The position numbers and the translations under genes are program-made. DNA of 64,000 bases, from contig OZ024747.1 of the NCBI GenBank assembly GCA_964016885.1, forward strand, positions 22,196,001 through 22,260,000. The letters are read 5' to 3'. Position 1 is the first letter of the stretch, and the number at the start of each line of letters is the position of its first letter. A model generated the notes under the pieces. It was not told the DNA's origin and made no database searches. It saw nothing but the letters and a program-made list of their open reading frames with translations. Origin of the DNA: Eledone cirrhosa. Taxonomy: Eukaryota. Positions 36,736 through 51,620 of the stretch are shown here, piece by piece.

Positions 36736-36916
36736 TGTTTCTACGTTAGGCACAAGGCCAGCAATTATCCAGTGCATTACTGGTACTTTATTTTATCGAC
36801 CCCGTAAGGATGAAAGGCAAAGTCAACCTCGGCGGGATTTGAACTCAGATCGTAAAGGGACGTAACTATGCTGGAAAGCATGGCGTCCGACCCTCTACCG
36901 ATACTGCAAATCCACC
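36736..36916 (-). mobile_element. SINE family 1 with 19-bp TSD
   Basis: TSD gtagatatatataaataag at 36717-36735 and 36917-36935. Confidence 0.88.
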
Positions 36917-37264
36917 GTAGATATATATAAATAAGACCATTGACCATCATTTGCCTTAGTTAGAAAGCAAATCTACATGAAACCCATGGTATCCATAAAC
37001 CATAATTCTCCTATCAACCTCACCTGTCATACACATACTGCACAAGACATAAATTTAATTCAAATGTCCTTGAAAAAAACCATACTTCTACCTTTTTCAG
37101 TAAAACAACAATTAACCTGCTCCAATTGCTGGTATAAGGTCAATGGATGTCATCAGGCTGCAATTGTTGTATTGCATGGTTTTTATATTACTCTGTAGTT
37201 TGTTATTGGGCAATGGACATTCTGTGGCACCACCTTGATATACACACATGCATATATATACATG

Positions 37265-37510
37265 TCATCATCATTTTACAGCCATTGTTCTATGATCTCA
37301 TGGGTTGGATGGGTCCTCAGTACAGCATCTCTCCACTTGTGGTGTTCCTTTGTCATCTCCTCCATGAGCTTCAGCAGTTTGAGATCAGCTTTCACCACTT
37401 CCGTCCAGGTTTCCCTTAGTCATCCTCTACTGCAGCTTCTTTCCACTGGGATTACTTGATGCTTCTTCACCCACCAATCATCATCGATATGCATTACATG
37501 TCCATACCAA
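37265..37510 (-). pseudogene. Degenerate RTE 3' end fragment
   Basis: Reverse complement encodes HWYGHVMH; (cat)n tail at the left end. Confidence 0.5.
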
Positions 37511-39190
37511 TGTATTTCATCGTAGTGATTATCCTTATTTTAACATTTGCTTTTCCATACTTGCCACTTGTTACATCTTGCTTGGTCTTCTGTCATCATC
37601 CATTTTATCTTTTGAAGCCTTTATGAAGTACATAGTATTTGTGACTTACATTATAGCTGTGGTTTGAATTGAAATAAGAAACATAAATAATTCAATAGCT
37701 TCAAAAGTTAATGACACTTATTAGATTACCAACCTAGAATGTTTGAAAATCACCTGGCCTCAGAGAAACCTAAGCCTGGTGACAGGCCTGCAAACTAGGT
37801 TGAAGAAGTACTGTGTGTTGGTTACCAGCAGGCTCAGAAGGTGAAAGTAGACTAAGGAAGACTTTGGGGGTAAGTTAGATAGAAGGTTAGTTTGGACTAT
37901 TAGATGTAAACTAAACTACAGCCATTACTCGCAAATGGGTATGACTTGCTTTCACTAAGGGTTTTAGGTGCTCATGCAATTGCAAGCAGGCAGAGACACC
38001 CTCTCAGCCCTCCCTCTATTGATCCAGCAGACTATTCAGGATCTGACAGTTGGAAGGAGAAAGGGCTGCACCAGTACTGGGCTGGTATTTAATCAGTCCC
38101 GGATGAAAGCAAAGTGGAGCTCTGCAGGATTTGAACTCAGAACATAGAAACCCAGAACAAATATTCAATGCTCTAACAACTCTGCCAACTTTGCCAAATC
38201 AATTGCTTGAACTCATAGATATGATAAAACAAACATAAAGAGGCTTTGTTGCAAGCTTGTTCAAGTATTTTTGTGTTATAGCTTAGCTAAGAGGACCTTT
38301 CCCAAGGCTGGTGAGAGAGTGGCAAATTTTAATATTGTGCTAATTCTCTCAACATGATAGGAAGCAAGATACCTTCATATATAAAGTGTTTCTAAGAATA
38401 TAAAACCTAAAATCTAGGCTTGAACTTCTGTAATTCTGTATTTCTTCTTCAGTTCTGTTTCTTCATTTCTTTATTTACTTTTCTTCTACTTCAGTAAATG
38501 ATACTTGCTACACCTTATTTTCTCCCTCTCTGTGAATCTTCCTCATCTTTGTCACAGTTTGTTTATTTATAAACCTTTAAACTAGGTGCCACTTTCCACC
38601 GTTCTTTGATTAGTTTTCTTGGCATTCCAGTTTTGTTCAGCTGAAAACCAATATCTAGGAGCTGATGTGATATGATAGGTAGTTAACTTCTAACAAATAA
38701 CAACCACAACATCAACACGAACAAGTCTAGCATTCCTGTCTGGCTGTCATTACCTCTTGTTTTTCTCTCTCAAGTTTTGTATATTGAAGAAAATACTTTT
38801 TACATGAAGTTTCCTATTCATTGCGGGTGGATTGCCAATGTGGTCAATAGTTGTCTACTTGTTCATTTATTCCTCACCAAAATAACCCATTCTATTTTGT
38901 TTGTGTTTGCCTTCCACCTGTAGCATTTAGTGTTGCAAGTAGTTGGTTGGTTACTCTTATCCAGAACTTCTTCAGACTTATATAAACATGTTGATATATT
39001 GTTAGCTTTGAAAATATGTGCGTATGAGAAAAAGAGAGAGAGAGGAGAGAGATAGAGAGAGAGGAAAAAAAGAAAACACTACATTGGGATATTTATTTAT
39101 TAAATATGGCTTTTTCAAAGGCAAAAATGTGCTTGATTGCACATCTCCAGTTTAATGAAGAACAGGTAGGATTAATTTTTACCCAAATTT

Positions 39191-39232
<42 letters not shown>

Positions 39233-40524
39233 CTGAAATGTATTTATACTTACCCTTAAAACCAGAAAACATCTTTTACAGTTATTTTTCTTCTTGTTAC
39301 TAAGAAATAATTTTTCTCATATTCTTTTGTATTCTTTCTACATGTATTTTAAAAATCTTTCAAATATTAACAAAAGGTTAACATTTTACTTATTTTTTTC
39401 TATTAACTATATTTAATATTATTTACATGTTAATAGTATTCTTATTTGTAAAGTTACTTTTTTTGGGGGGGGGGGGGGGGCGACTGTTATTTTTGTGCAA
39501 AATTATTTTTTCCAATACCAAAATTTAACATTTTAAATTTAATGTTGTTTCCAAATCCTTGCAGTAAATCTCCATATTATTATTTAATGTAGCAGATATT
39601 CAGCATAATGCAGCATTAAAGCTTTGACAAACCATAAATCAACCATATATCTACAACTCAGTTTCAATTTTCAGTTGAAACCACTTCAGTTATGTTGTTA
39701 TCACATAATTACGTCCTTGGGAACAGCATAAAGGTCACAACTTCACATACTCCCCGCCTAAACTCTTTCATGATGCTGAAGCCATATTAGTAAAATACAA
39801 CTTATTATGCATAAGTAAATTGTAACACACATCAGCACGAGGCCACATGTTTGTAAATGTGAGGGATAGTTGATTGAATTAACTCTCAGTAATGGCCAGT
39901 CACATATTTAATGGTTGAAAGACAGTCAACAAAGTTGAATACCTGCCTAGTATTTAACTCTTAACATCCTGTACTACATGCAACCACAGTAGCAAAACAT
40001 TTTGAAAAAGTAAAAATAGCATTACATTAATAATTATATATTTAACTCTAATGCTGCAATTTTTTTCCAATGATTTGTCCACTAGTAAGGATTCAATAAA
40101 CATTTGAATTGACGAATCAGTCAGGAGATATTTTCTTCTAAATCATTACATGATGTGAACAGTTAATTTAACACTCTGGTACTGCCACAATTCTACCTTT
40201 TGTATAATAAATAATTTTTGAAATTTAGTATTCTCTCTCTCTCTGTCTCTATCTCTGTCTCTCTCTCTCTCTCAACTCCAAATAAGAACTGACTCGGACC
40301 GTAATCATTTGTCCGACCCATGTCAGTATAGAAATCATGCATGATATGAAGGTGATTATGGTGATATATATATATATATTTATGGATGGATATATATGCA
40401 TATTGATATGTGTGAGCCTGTGTGTGTGCACATTTGTGTGTTTGTATGTGTGTATATATATATATATATCCATACATACATACAAACACACAAATGTGCA
40501 CTCACACAGGCTCGCACAGGCTCA

Positions 40525-40561
<37 letters not shown>

Positions 40562-40662
40562 ATATGTTTAGGTTTCCAAACATGAAGGAAAATTGCTCAA
40601 TACCAAAGTACAGAATATTGTATATATTCATTATATTACTGAGATTACTCTCAGTTGTAATT

Positions 40663-40700
<38 letters not shown>

Positions 40701-42399
40701 GTGTGTGTGTGTATATATGTATATATATATATCATCATTACCATTTAACATCCATTTTTCTATTCTAGCATGGGTTAGACGAGTTGTCCCGTTGTGAGAC
40801 AAGCTAGATCATATATATATTCTGACTTAATAGAACTTTCCTTAATGGACATATAATTATATGGCTTAATTAATTCATATAATTACATTTGTTTCTGTTG
40901 AAGTGTTTAAAATAATAATAATAATAATAATAATACTGAATGTAAAAAACAAAACAATTTAAACAGCTTAAATAAAATATTAAAGTTAGTAGTAAGTTTA
41001 CTCATATATATGTGTATGTGTGTATATGTGAGTGTGTGTGTATTTATGTGGGTGTGTGTGTATGTATATATATATGTGTGTATACATACATACATGCCTA
41101 TACACACACATAAGCACATATATTTACCAGAATCTCTCACTTCTGTTCATAAGGTTAAATTTCTTCTTCATTATTTTCTTTTTATGTTATGGTATTGCCA
41201 TCTCCCTCCAATTATCTGCTTGTTTATATCACAGACTGTAACCACCAGAGTATTATGCTACTGTATTTAATACAGTAGCACCTTAACTTGTGGGGAATGA
41301 CTGGTTGAATAATGGAACTGTAGAACTGGTTTCAGATTTCAACTATATTGTGGCATCTTTTCCAGAAGTATATAGAACATGATATGACTGGAGAGTGTGT
41401 CTGCATCTGTTTGTGTTTGGTGTTTGTGTGTATGTCTGTATTGTGATATCTAAGTTTACTTTTCCTATGTCATTATGTATAATATCAATTCACTAGATTT
41501 TGGAGTTATAAGAAAAAGAGAATAGCTCTCTCTATTTGTCTATTCCCTTCTCTCTTTCTGTCTCAATGTTTGAAGCTATTATATATCATTGGTAAAGGAA
41601 TTAGAACTGCTAGCAAGAAGTGTAAAGGTTTGCCTTTAACCTCTCACTTTACTTTGAACAATTGAACCAAAACTTGTGTTGTATGGTTTAAATTACTTGC
41701 TGAAATTACACATTGAGCTGCTTCATCTTCCTCATTATCATATTCATCTATGATATTGTCTTCCTCATTGTCATCGTCACCATCATCTTCATGATTTTAT
41801 ATAAAACCATTTATTATGTCCCAAACATCAGATAAAAAGCTTGTTTCTAAGGTCAACAATTTATGTGGGAAGGGAAAGGTGATTACATTGACCACAGTAT
41901 GTGACTATTACTTTATTTTATTAACTCCAGAAGAACAAAAGACAAAATTGTCTTTGGTGGGATTTGATACCAGAATGTAAAGCCCTTTGATTAGGTGCTG
42001 CAAAGCATTTTTCTCAATCCTCTAATGATTCTGCTAATTTGCCACCCTCAAATACCAAATGAGTAATGAAAAAGTTAGGTATTATAGTAAATCCCTCCAA
42101 ATTCTTGATCATTTTAAAAATGGTTTTAAAAAATCATAGTTAGTGTATTTCATTAGAAATAGGGCAACAAAATGTTTAACACTAGAATGTGTATCCCAAA
42201 TCAGGTCGAGCAGTCTTATAGCACACAGATGTAGTTTGGCTGAATGATGAAACATAATGTCAACAACAGTTCTGTGGGTTAAGATGGCAGGTCAAAGTTT
42301 GAAGGTAATTCAAACTGAGAAACTGTATGGGTGAAAGGTTTGCGGGAGGGGGTCATCTAATTTGTTTAATTGTTATGCTGCTCATCAGTGTTCAGCCCA

Positions 42400-42680
42400 T
42401 GATTGTAAAGTCTTGAATTCAATTCCCAGACCGGGCTGCACATTGTGTCCTTGAGCAAGACACTCCAGTCAGCTGGCAAAAGTTAGATGTAGCTGTAATT
42501 AAATGGGTTAGCTTTGTCACATATTGTGCTATACTCAATCTTCCTGAGAACTATGTTAAGGGTGCACGTGTCTGTGGAATACTCAGTCACTTAGACACTA
42601 ATTTCACAAGCACACTGTTGCCTTGAGTGAATCACATGGAACATTCGTCAGTGGAAACAACTGAGATCCAACAACAGCAG
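42400..42680 (+). mobile_element. Older CORE-type SINE with a different 3' module
   Basis: ttcaattcccagaccggg..ttgtgtccttgagcaagacact head and core, then a non-RTE tail ending (caa/cag)n. Confidence 0.5.
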
Positions 42681-42904
42681 CAGCTGCTCCAGTTGTTAAG
42701 TAACCCCAGTATTTCCTGACTTACTATACCTATTAAAACAGCAGTAATTAATAAAATTGTTAAAAGCCACCCATATTTAAAACATTCTAAACCCCTCTTT
42801 AGTAGTTTTATTTGGTACTATATTTTACACTATTTCTTTCAGTAAGATGTTTAGCTCTTAGTCCCTGTTGTTATGTAATAATATTAAGGTATATTAGATT
42901 AGAC

Positions 42905-43145
42905 AGCAATGGTGTAGTGTGTCATCTTACACAGCTATGGTGTTGTGTGTTGTGTTACATAGCAGTGGTGTGGTGGTGTTACATAGCAGGGATGTAATTA
43001 GTGTCTGGTGTTACACAGCAATGGTGTAGTGTGTTGTGTTATATAGCAATGGTTTAGTGTGTTCTTACATAGCTGTGGTGTAGTGTGTTGTGTTACATAG
43101 TAAGTGTAGTGTGTTGTGTTACACAGCAGTGGTGTAGTGTGTTGC
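42905..43145. repeat. Degenerate ~28-bp minisatellite (gttacatagcagtggtgtagtgtgttgt)
   Basis: Direct inspection. Confidence 0.8.
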
Positions 43146-43198
43146 TGGCCCTGTGCCTAAATTAGAAACCAATTATTATTATTATTATCATTATAGCA

Positions 43199-43391
43199 GG
43201 GCGGTGGATTGGCAGTATCGGTAGAGGCTCGGACGCTATGCTTTGACGCATTGAGTTACGGCCCTTGCCATTCTGAGTTCAAATCCCGCCGAGGTTTACT
43301 TTGCCTTTCATCCTTACGGAGTCAATAAAATAAAGTACCAGTAATGCACTGGGGTAATAGCTGGCCTTGTGCCAAAAGTAGAAACAATTAT
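43199..43391 (+). mobile_element. tRNA-derived SINE family 1 (~190 bp), reference copy
   Basis: A box tggcagtatcgg, B box gagttcaaatccc, central ttgcctttcatccttacgg..ataaaataaagtaccag (resembles the Meta/MESC-type domain from memory), tail ccaaaagtagaaacaattat. More copies at about 4390, 16340, 24220, 34750, 38070, 41840, 45445, 48770, 53330-53840, 56400 and 63400. Confidence 0.85.
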
Positions 43392-43595
43392 CATCTTTAT
43401 CATCTCTTCAATTTCATGACTTCTTGAATATCTTTCATTTTTACCTCAATTATCTTGTACATACTTCACACACACAGCATTTGTTATCTTGCACATACTC
43501 AACACACAGACTGCATTTGATATATTGTCAGTAACTGGTTTGTTGAACATAATCATGGTAATGATATGGTCTGTGTTATGTAACTTGGCTTAGTG

Positions 43596-43935
43596 TATAG
43601 AATTTATGCTCTCCCTATAGAATTTATGCTCTCCCTATAGAATTTATGCTATATCTAGTACTATAACTAGTATTCAGATAATTCTCTATAGAATTTATGC
43701 TATATCTAGTACTATACTGTATTTAGACAATTCCCTATAGAATTTATGCTATATCTAGTACTATAACTAGTATTTAGACAATTCCCTATAGAATGCATGC
43801 TATAACTAGTACATAGATAATTCTCTATAGAATGCATGCTATAACTAGTACATAGATAATTCGCTATAGAATGCATGCTACATCTAGTACTATACTATAT
43901 TTAGACAATTCTCTATAGAATGTGTGCTATATCTA
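43596..43935. repeat. Composite minisatellite built on ctatagaatttatgct
   Basis: Variable units of about 21-48 bp. Confidence 0.8.
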
Positions 43936-44341
43936 ATCCAATATTCTGGGTGTCAGGAATGTGTGCAACATATCAAGCCCTAGTATGGTTATTATGCTTT
44001 TGTTTGTCTCTGTTTTGAGTCATACAGATAGGAGCCGATACTCATACACGTTTGTCTTTAATGTGAAGCTGATAAGTCTTGATTTTGTTGTTGTTTAGCC
44101 CCAAACCAGCTCTGATTGTATAGGCCTATAATCAAAGCCATTGCAGCTATGATGATATTTTGTTGTTGTTTATTTTCTTTATCAAGCATAGTGTTTCCCA
44201 GATTACACTTTCCAGTGGGTACTTTATTTATGCAATAGGTTGTGGCCTGAGAGACATTTTTGTTGCTACTGCTAGAAACCTATGTGACCATGTAGATGCA
44301 CCCTCATTGGCTGTTTTTCATGTATGTGTCATGTATATATT

Positions 44342-44374
<33 letters not shown>

Positions 44375-45843
44375 ATATCCCATAGTGAAGGCATTGGCTT
44401 AGTGGTTAGTGTTGGGCTCACAATCATGAGGTTGTGAGTTTGGTTCCCAAACTGGGTGGCACATTGTGTCCTAGGGCAATGCAATATGTTTTCATGGTGA
44501 TCCATTTCACTAAGTTGGACAGGTCATGACACACCAAATCAGTACTCAAGCAGAGCTATTGACCTCTTAGATGAGCTTCAATTGACAACTCATCAAACCC
44601 TTGCTATCAGGGAAAACAACTGGAAAAGATTAATTGCAATGAAATATACTCAACTGGTGAAGCTGGGTACTTTCTAGAAAACAAATAAAACAAATGTAAG
44701 CAATTTGGAGATTTATATATATTATATATGAGTGTTAATGTGTTATATATTATATTATGAGTGATAATTTGTTATTTTCATGTATAAACTACATTCCAAA
44801 TTAACCAAGTCTATTCTTTGCATGACTCATAAATTCTTTGAAATGTCATATTAACATTAAGTATTGCTTTCAGTGAGGTTGTAATAATGGCTGTTATTTG
44901 CTACCTGAGGTTATTTGAAACACATTGTATGAGTTGTTGTAGAGCTGGGTTACTTATTTATGGCCCAACAGCAATAAAGAATTTAATTTTTAAGTACTTG
45001 TCAAGCTCAATGCAACATTATACTAAATAAATAACTTCTATCTTATGTAGTTAGATAACATATCAGAATGTCAAGTTATCACCTTTCTATAGCAATAATA
45101 ATAATAATAATGGTAATAATTTCATGAAATAATGATATAAAGCCTGATCAGGTTACATTTCGCAATGAAGATGCTGTTCTACTGGTCCCTCCATTTCTTA
45201 GCGTGGGCATTGAGGATAAAAGCATTTTACCTTCTTCATACCAAACTGCCTGAAACTGCCTCTGGTTTTATGATACAAAAGAGAAGGCCCTTAATTCTTG
45301 GAGTCACAGAGGCATTGTCCTCACACATATGTCTTGTTGTGGGAATTTTAAACATGACAACACCCATTCCTCTCAAGGTCTTGTGACAGCTGATTTCTTT
45401 CAGAAAAGTAGAAAGAGAAAGTGACAAAGAGATTTAGAGAAAGACTCAACCCCAGTACTGGATTGCTACTTTATTTACTGACCACAAAAGGATGAATGAC
45501 AAAGTTTATCATGTGGGATTTAAACTCAGAGTGCAGTTAGCTGAAACAAATACCAAGGTATTTAATTCAACACCTTAATGGCTTTATTATTTTGTCAACT
45601 TCTTTATAATACAAAACTGGTTATTTTAAAGTAGTTATATTTTGATAAAAACCTTCCATCATAAGTTTATGTAAGAACCTTTGTTTAATTATGCTCCAAA
45701 CACCGATATGAGAAAGTTACTTTACTGAATCCCTACAAACCCTTGATTACTTTCAAAATTATTTATAAATAATTGGCAGTATCTTTCATTGAAAATATGG
45801 TATCAAAAGGGTTAATCTTTTGTAACAGAAAAAGATTAAATTA

Positions 45844-45990
45844 CCATTTATACTCGTGCATAAGTCACACTCTCTTCCACAAAAACATGAAAAATTTGTA
45901 TGTGATCCACTGGACTTACTTTAAAATAAATGGTATATTGTAAATGTTGTATGTAAACTAGAGGTGTGACTTATGCATGGGTACATATGA
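45844..45990. mobile_element. Tc1/mariner-pogo type MITE
   Basis: TA-flanked imperfect TIRs ccatttatactcgtgcataagtcacac / gtgtgacttatgcatgggtacatatga. Confidence 0.55.
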
Positions 45991-48589
45991 TAGGTGTTAT
46001 CTTTAGAACCCATTCACTGCTGTATGTATGTCGCCACAAGCATTACAATCAAAGTTAGAACAAGGGATTGTTTTGTTATTTTTGTTTAGAAACTGGGTGT
46101 TTCCTGCTTATACAATTTTATGTTAGAAAGAAGTTATAAGAGGTATGTTTATTTTTAAGGGACTGCTGGATATCAACCTTTTCTAAGTAGATTAACATTC
46201 TATTAACCCTCTCATTATCATATTTCTAATGAAGTACACTCTATTTGAATTAATTAATAAATAATTGAGTGATTTATTAAAATAATTATCTCGTTATTAA
46301 GATTTGTAATACAACTTAACAAAAGGTTCTTATATCTGTTGGAAGATTTTAATTTATATAGGAATCCTTTAAAATTCCTGCCAAGAATTTTTTTTATGAT
46401 AAATTTTTCAAATGTAGGGGCCTCCTAACTTAACTAACATAGGGCTTCATTTGTCCTAAATCTGGCACTGACTGTATTTCTGAATGTCATAAAAAGTGAC
46501 TAAAAAGGTGTGTCAAGAAGGACATAACCAGCTGTAAAACATTGCCTCAAAAAATCCCACCCAACCCAGGCCAGCATGGAAAAGTCAACCTAAAAACGAT
46601 GGTGATGATAAATGTTACATCTTTCAGGATAAAACATTTTTAATATTTACATCTACACTACATTTCAGTTTGTTTGATCTCAACAAATATTTTAATTCTG
46701 GATATATACTCTGTTTGCAAATGAATGTTTCAATGGACACAGCATGTTTGTGTTTGGATGCATTTTACTTTTGTGGTTGTAAGTTTAAGACACTAGTTAG
46801 GATTTCATATCTTCTTACTTACAATTGCACTGTATGCCAAAGCAAGATACATTCTGCACTTGCCTCAGTCTGCTTAGCTAAACATAAGTACCATTCTCAC
46901 TCAACAATTTGAGTAGTTGGTACTGGCATATAACATTCATTTGTTGAAAAAGAATAACATACATAAAACACATCAACAATTTAAATGCAAATAGCAAGCC
47001 AATGAAGGAGTCTTTATGTGGATGCTAAATGAGCTGGAAATAGCAGCCAAATCTCTCTTAAATCATATTCTACCATCTTTAAAAAAAAAGCAACATTTGG
47101 TCTGAAAATAAAAAAGATGAAACAATCACAGCTAGAATCCTTTTTGGTCATAGATATGCTGGATCAGGGCTGACCTAGGGTTAAACGACAACAGCAACAT
47201 ATGTAAATAGTCAAACTGACAACCCCTTCCATATTAGAAAGAAAACTACATCGAAAAGGTGTACTGTCTTACCATTATTATATTCTCAATGTTTTTGTTA
47301 GTCTAGTATTTCTGTTCACTATTTCACTAAAGTTATCTCTGTCTCAGGTGTGTATGTGTGTCTAGAATATTGTGTTTGGCATTCTTCAAGTTATTTTGGC
47401 TTGTCTGTTGGGTTTATGCCATTTCTTAATTTCGTTTTTACTTTTTGGTTATTTACTGTCTTTCTATTGTTCTTGTGCAATACATTATTATTATTATTAT
47501 TATTATTAAAGAAAGATCATCATTATTATCATCATCATTATTGAAGGTTCATATGTATATAGTGGATGCTGTTTGTAATGTTATAGGAAGTAATAGTAGT
47601 AGTTTTAGTTTAGAAAACAGTGAGTGTGGGTGTGTGATTTTTCATGTCAGGGTGCAGTGTGTTGATTTTTGGGGGTATGAACCAACATCACAGAAAGATT
47701 TAACTTGATATCCTTGTGGTGAAATCTGGAAATAGCTGGATAATAAACAGCAGCAGTATGTGATGTAAAAGCATCTGTTTTCACTTGTCAAAGACAGGAC
47801 TTAGTGGGTGGTATCAGGATTTAGATTATTTGATCATCCACCTATTTGTTTTCGTTATCTGTTTTGTTACTGATCAATCTAAGGACTACTAAAGGCTTTT
47901 AACAGAACAAGCTTTTATACAAAACTAACATCAGAATAGCTTTTAAGAGAACACAACAGCAAAATAACTTTTGACAGAATTTATCAACAACAGAACAGGT
48001 TTTAAACTAAACTTGGACTAATGAAATGTTTTTTAAAGGTTCAGTCATAGAAGAATCTTAAGGTGTTCTAGACTGGTGGATGAAAAAGATAAGTTATCCT
48101 TTGACCAGAAACCTGAATGATTCTAAGAGAGCAGGCATTGCTAAAAGCATTCAAGGGTCAAATTGTAGTGCTAACCCTTTTGATACCAGCCCAATGAAAA
48201 CCACCCATTTCAAACGACTCCTATTTAAATTTATATCTTCCAACATTATACAAGAACTATATGTTATTATATTAGGAATGAAATAATTAAAGATTTGAGT
48301 AAATCCTTCAAAATTAAAATTCTGCATTGATTAATTGAAAAAGACTGTTTTCCATTACAAATACAATCACGGAAAGCTTAAACAACCTGATGGATTAAAT
48401 TTACCACCTAAGAACACAATTGTTTCTTTCCCATGGATTTCACCATACAGTTTCTGTCTCCAAATTTCACCATAAGGCTTGGGGTGATCTAAATCTATGG
48501 TAGAAGACATGCAGGCATTAAACAACCATTGTTTGTATGAAGGGAGATGCCTTTCACTGTCAACAGTGGGTTTGGCTCTCTAACTTCTT

Positions 48590-48760
48590 TCATCCTATCC
48601 TTATTCTAGTTATTATACTTTTGGAGCACCCTCCCCCACTGCTAATTAGGTCACATAGATAGCACAAGCAATTAGCCACTTTTGTGGATTCTTTGTGTGA
48701 TTGGAAAAGATTTATATTACTGACACTCTTTCTGTTGATTACCCCCTGTGCATTTTCTAT
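48590..48760 (-). pseudogene. Short degenerate RTE RT fragment
   Basis: LCYLCDLISSGGGCSKSIITRIRIG aligns to FRYLGDKISSGGGCSEGTVARVRTG. Confidence 0.65.
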
Positions 48761-50248
48761 ATACAATAGAATAAAATACCAGTCAAGTACTGGAGTTGAT
48801 ATAATTAACTTTGCTCTTCCTTCCAAATAATTTGCTGGTCTTGTGCCTAAATTAGAAATCTTTATGATAGACAAAAGAAGAGGGACAATATAGAAGACTG
48901 GAATGATTCTGTTGTATTAACTGATGACAGAACCAGTTTTACGAGTTACAAAAGATATCCAAATCTCAATAGACAAAGAAAAGTATAGTTATTTTTGTAG
49001 AGATTGGTTCCCATCTTCCTCATTAGCTAAACAATTATAGGCTAATCAATATATAAAGTTTAACCTTTTCATGACCATATTTCTAATGCCAATATATATA
49101 TTTCAATTAATTTTGAAAACAATAAAAATATTTGTGGGGATTCAGTTATACAACTTTCTCATTATTTATCCAATGTTTGGAACATAACTTAACAGTTTCT
49201 TATATAAAATTACGATGGAAGATTTTTTAGATAAATATAAACACTTTAAAACAAACAATTTTATATTGTAAAACCAGTGATGGTTTCAGGCAGTTTTTAA
49301 TCTAATAGGAATCTTCTAGAGAGAAAGAAAAATATGTCTTATAGAGCTTATAATATAAATCTTTATATAGATTAAATATAGTTGCATGATATTGTATAAA
49401 TATTTCTATTGGATATTGTATAGATGTAATGAATTTTCTCTCTGGTCAGTGGTGTATGTACATGTCTATATTGGGGTTTGAAACAAACTAAATGAAATTA
49501 GCTAAAAAAAAAATTGGACACTTTGTTATTCCAACCCAAATAACAATATTACATCTACTATAGGCTTGGGGTGAGCAATACCATGTGAGTGGAATATGGC
49601 AAACAGAGACTGTAGAAACTCATCAGATATATGTCTATGTCTCTGTCTGTGTTTATATTTACATAAGTCTAACAAAGGCTCTTTGTTTATGTTGTGTCCA
49701 TCGACTGGTATTCATATGATTGACTAAATGCTTGAATATGTCCATGTCTGCAGTCAAATGAATCAAATGAGAAATATATTAATATAGGTATGTATGTATG
49801 TGTGTGTGCGTGTTAGAATTAGCTGTTGAAACAGCAAGAGCTCAACCATCAGGCCCTAACTCATTCTGATATAGTCACACTCTATCTCAGGTATTGAGTA
49901 CTCTGTGGAATAATGGTTTTACTAGTTTAAAACTAGTTAAATCCTGATATATATATGCCCATGCTAGCACGGGAGATGGACGTTAAACAATGATGATGAT
50001 ATATATATATATATACACACACATACAATCGCCCGCCCTTTAACCATACCATCTGTATCAAACATCTTCAACTTGCTGGTCATATCATAACATTTACCAT
50101 TGGAATGCAAATGTGGAACACCCTTTAAAATATTAAAGTGGGTTGTTGAAGAAAGTACAGAATTATCTGAAGAACTGAGATAGTTAATGTTGGATCATGA
50201 GATCAAAAGGTTTTGTCTTGTCACCACAAAGAAATTGATGAATCTAAT

Positions 50249-50585
50249 GGAGGCACATGGCTTAGTGGTTAGAGCATTGGCCTTGCAATCGAAAGGTTGT
50301 GAGTTCAATTCTCAGACCGGGTGATGTGTTGTTTCCTAGAGCAAGACACTTTATTTCACATTGCTCCAGTTTACTCAGCTGTAGAAATGAGATGATAGGG
50401 ACTGGGGTCCATATCATTCCACTGCAAAGTGGTTGTGGAGGTGCCACGGCAAAACAGTACCCAGCGCTCACTGTAAATGAGGTTGGTGTTAGGAAGGGCA
50501 TCCAGCTGTAGAAATCAAGCCAGAATCAGTTCCCATCCCACCCTTGCAAGCAGGGAAAAGCGGACGTAAAATGATGATGATGATG
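50249..50585 (+). mobile_element. Full-length tRNA-derived CORE-type SINE with RTE-derived 3' tail
   Basis: A box tggcttagtgg, B box gagttcaattc, CORE-like gagcaagacact...cagtttactcagctgtagaaatgag; tail homologous to the RTE 3' UTR, ending (gat)n. Confidence 0.85.
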
Positions 50586-51084
50586 AATAGTATTATTAGT
50601 AGTAGTAGTAGTAGTTGTAGTGGTGGTGGTGGGGGTAATTGTAGCAGTATATATATCTATCTATCTATATAACGGCAACCAGCCATAAAAACTGAGCCAA
50701 AATCGGTTCTGTATGACCAAGACGTGGTCATCTGACCTCGACTTGCCTCATGTAGGTCTATCCCATGCTAGCGTGGAAAATGGACGTTAAACAATGATGA
50801 TGATAGCTAGTGTTTTCATATATTGAATACAACAAGCAACATTCACTGAAAAAAGAATTCAATACTTAACTGAAGTCTAAATATTTTGTTATATAGAAAT
50901 AGTGTGATTGTGAAGTTTGATTGGCAACAGCTCGTTTGATTAGTGAAACTGTGAAGTCATGGTCACCTTGTACTCCTGTTTAATAATAATAATGATGATA
51001 ATAATAATGATTTCTTTATTGGCCACAAGAAAAACGTTACAGACGGTACAGGATTGTACGATGTGGGTTTTGTGCGTAATAATA

Positions 51085-51125
<41 letters not shown>

Positions 51126-51489
51126 CTTTAATAATATATATAAAATCTATAAGATTTCCATTGATCTGACAGATCAATAATGTTAAAAGCTGTGCAAGTT
51201 AGTTTTGACTTGACATTGTTATTGATCATTAAAGTTCACTCCACACATAAGAGTCTATAGATGTAACAGCTTCTTAAGGGATAGTTTGTAAACTCCAAAC
51301 TGTTTCCAGCAGTTGGTTACCCTACTACAAAATCTCTCTTCCTTTTGAGATGATATGCAGTGTATTACTCAATTAAAATGTTCATTCACAGACTCAATAG
51401 TTATAAATCTTTATCTTCAAGTTGTACCTTGTTAGAAACATTTGTTTTGACAGTTTATTAACTTTTTAAATACTGGTCTGTCTCAAGCT

Positions 51490-51620
51490 CAGAGGCTCAT
51501 CAGTAGAGTGATTATCCCAGTTTCTGTGGTGTTAAGCAACTGAGAGTACAAGACTCCCCCTGGACAAATGCCAGTCCATTGCTGGGTTAAACCCCCAGTT
51601 ACTGCTGGTACTCATTTTCA
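51490..51620 (-). mobile_element. Relic SINE fragment, possibly V-domain type
   Basis: ctccccctggacaaatgccagtccattgctgggtt resembles the reverse complement of the V-SINE domain as recalled from memory. Confidence 0.35.

Noticed and set aside
48021-48045. Tiny phase-0 ORF ATG AAA TGT TTT TTA AAG|gttcag as another first exon
   Set aside because: Weak donor and too short to distinguish from chance.
48915-48995. Other CTGA(T/A/G)GA..GAAA matches (also about 8060-8112 minus, 20797 and 63706)
   Set aside because: Stems I and II do not pair, so they are not hammerheads.
50249-50325. tRNA-like sequences with A and B boxes (also 43199-43290)
   Set aside because: These are SINE heads: no complete cloverleaf, and each continues into a SINE body.
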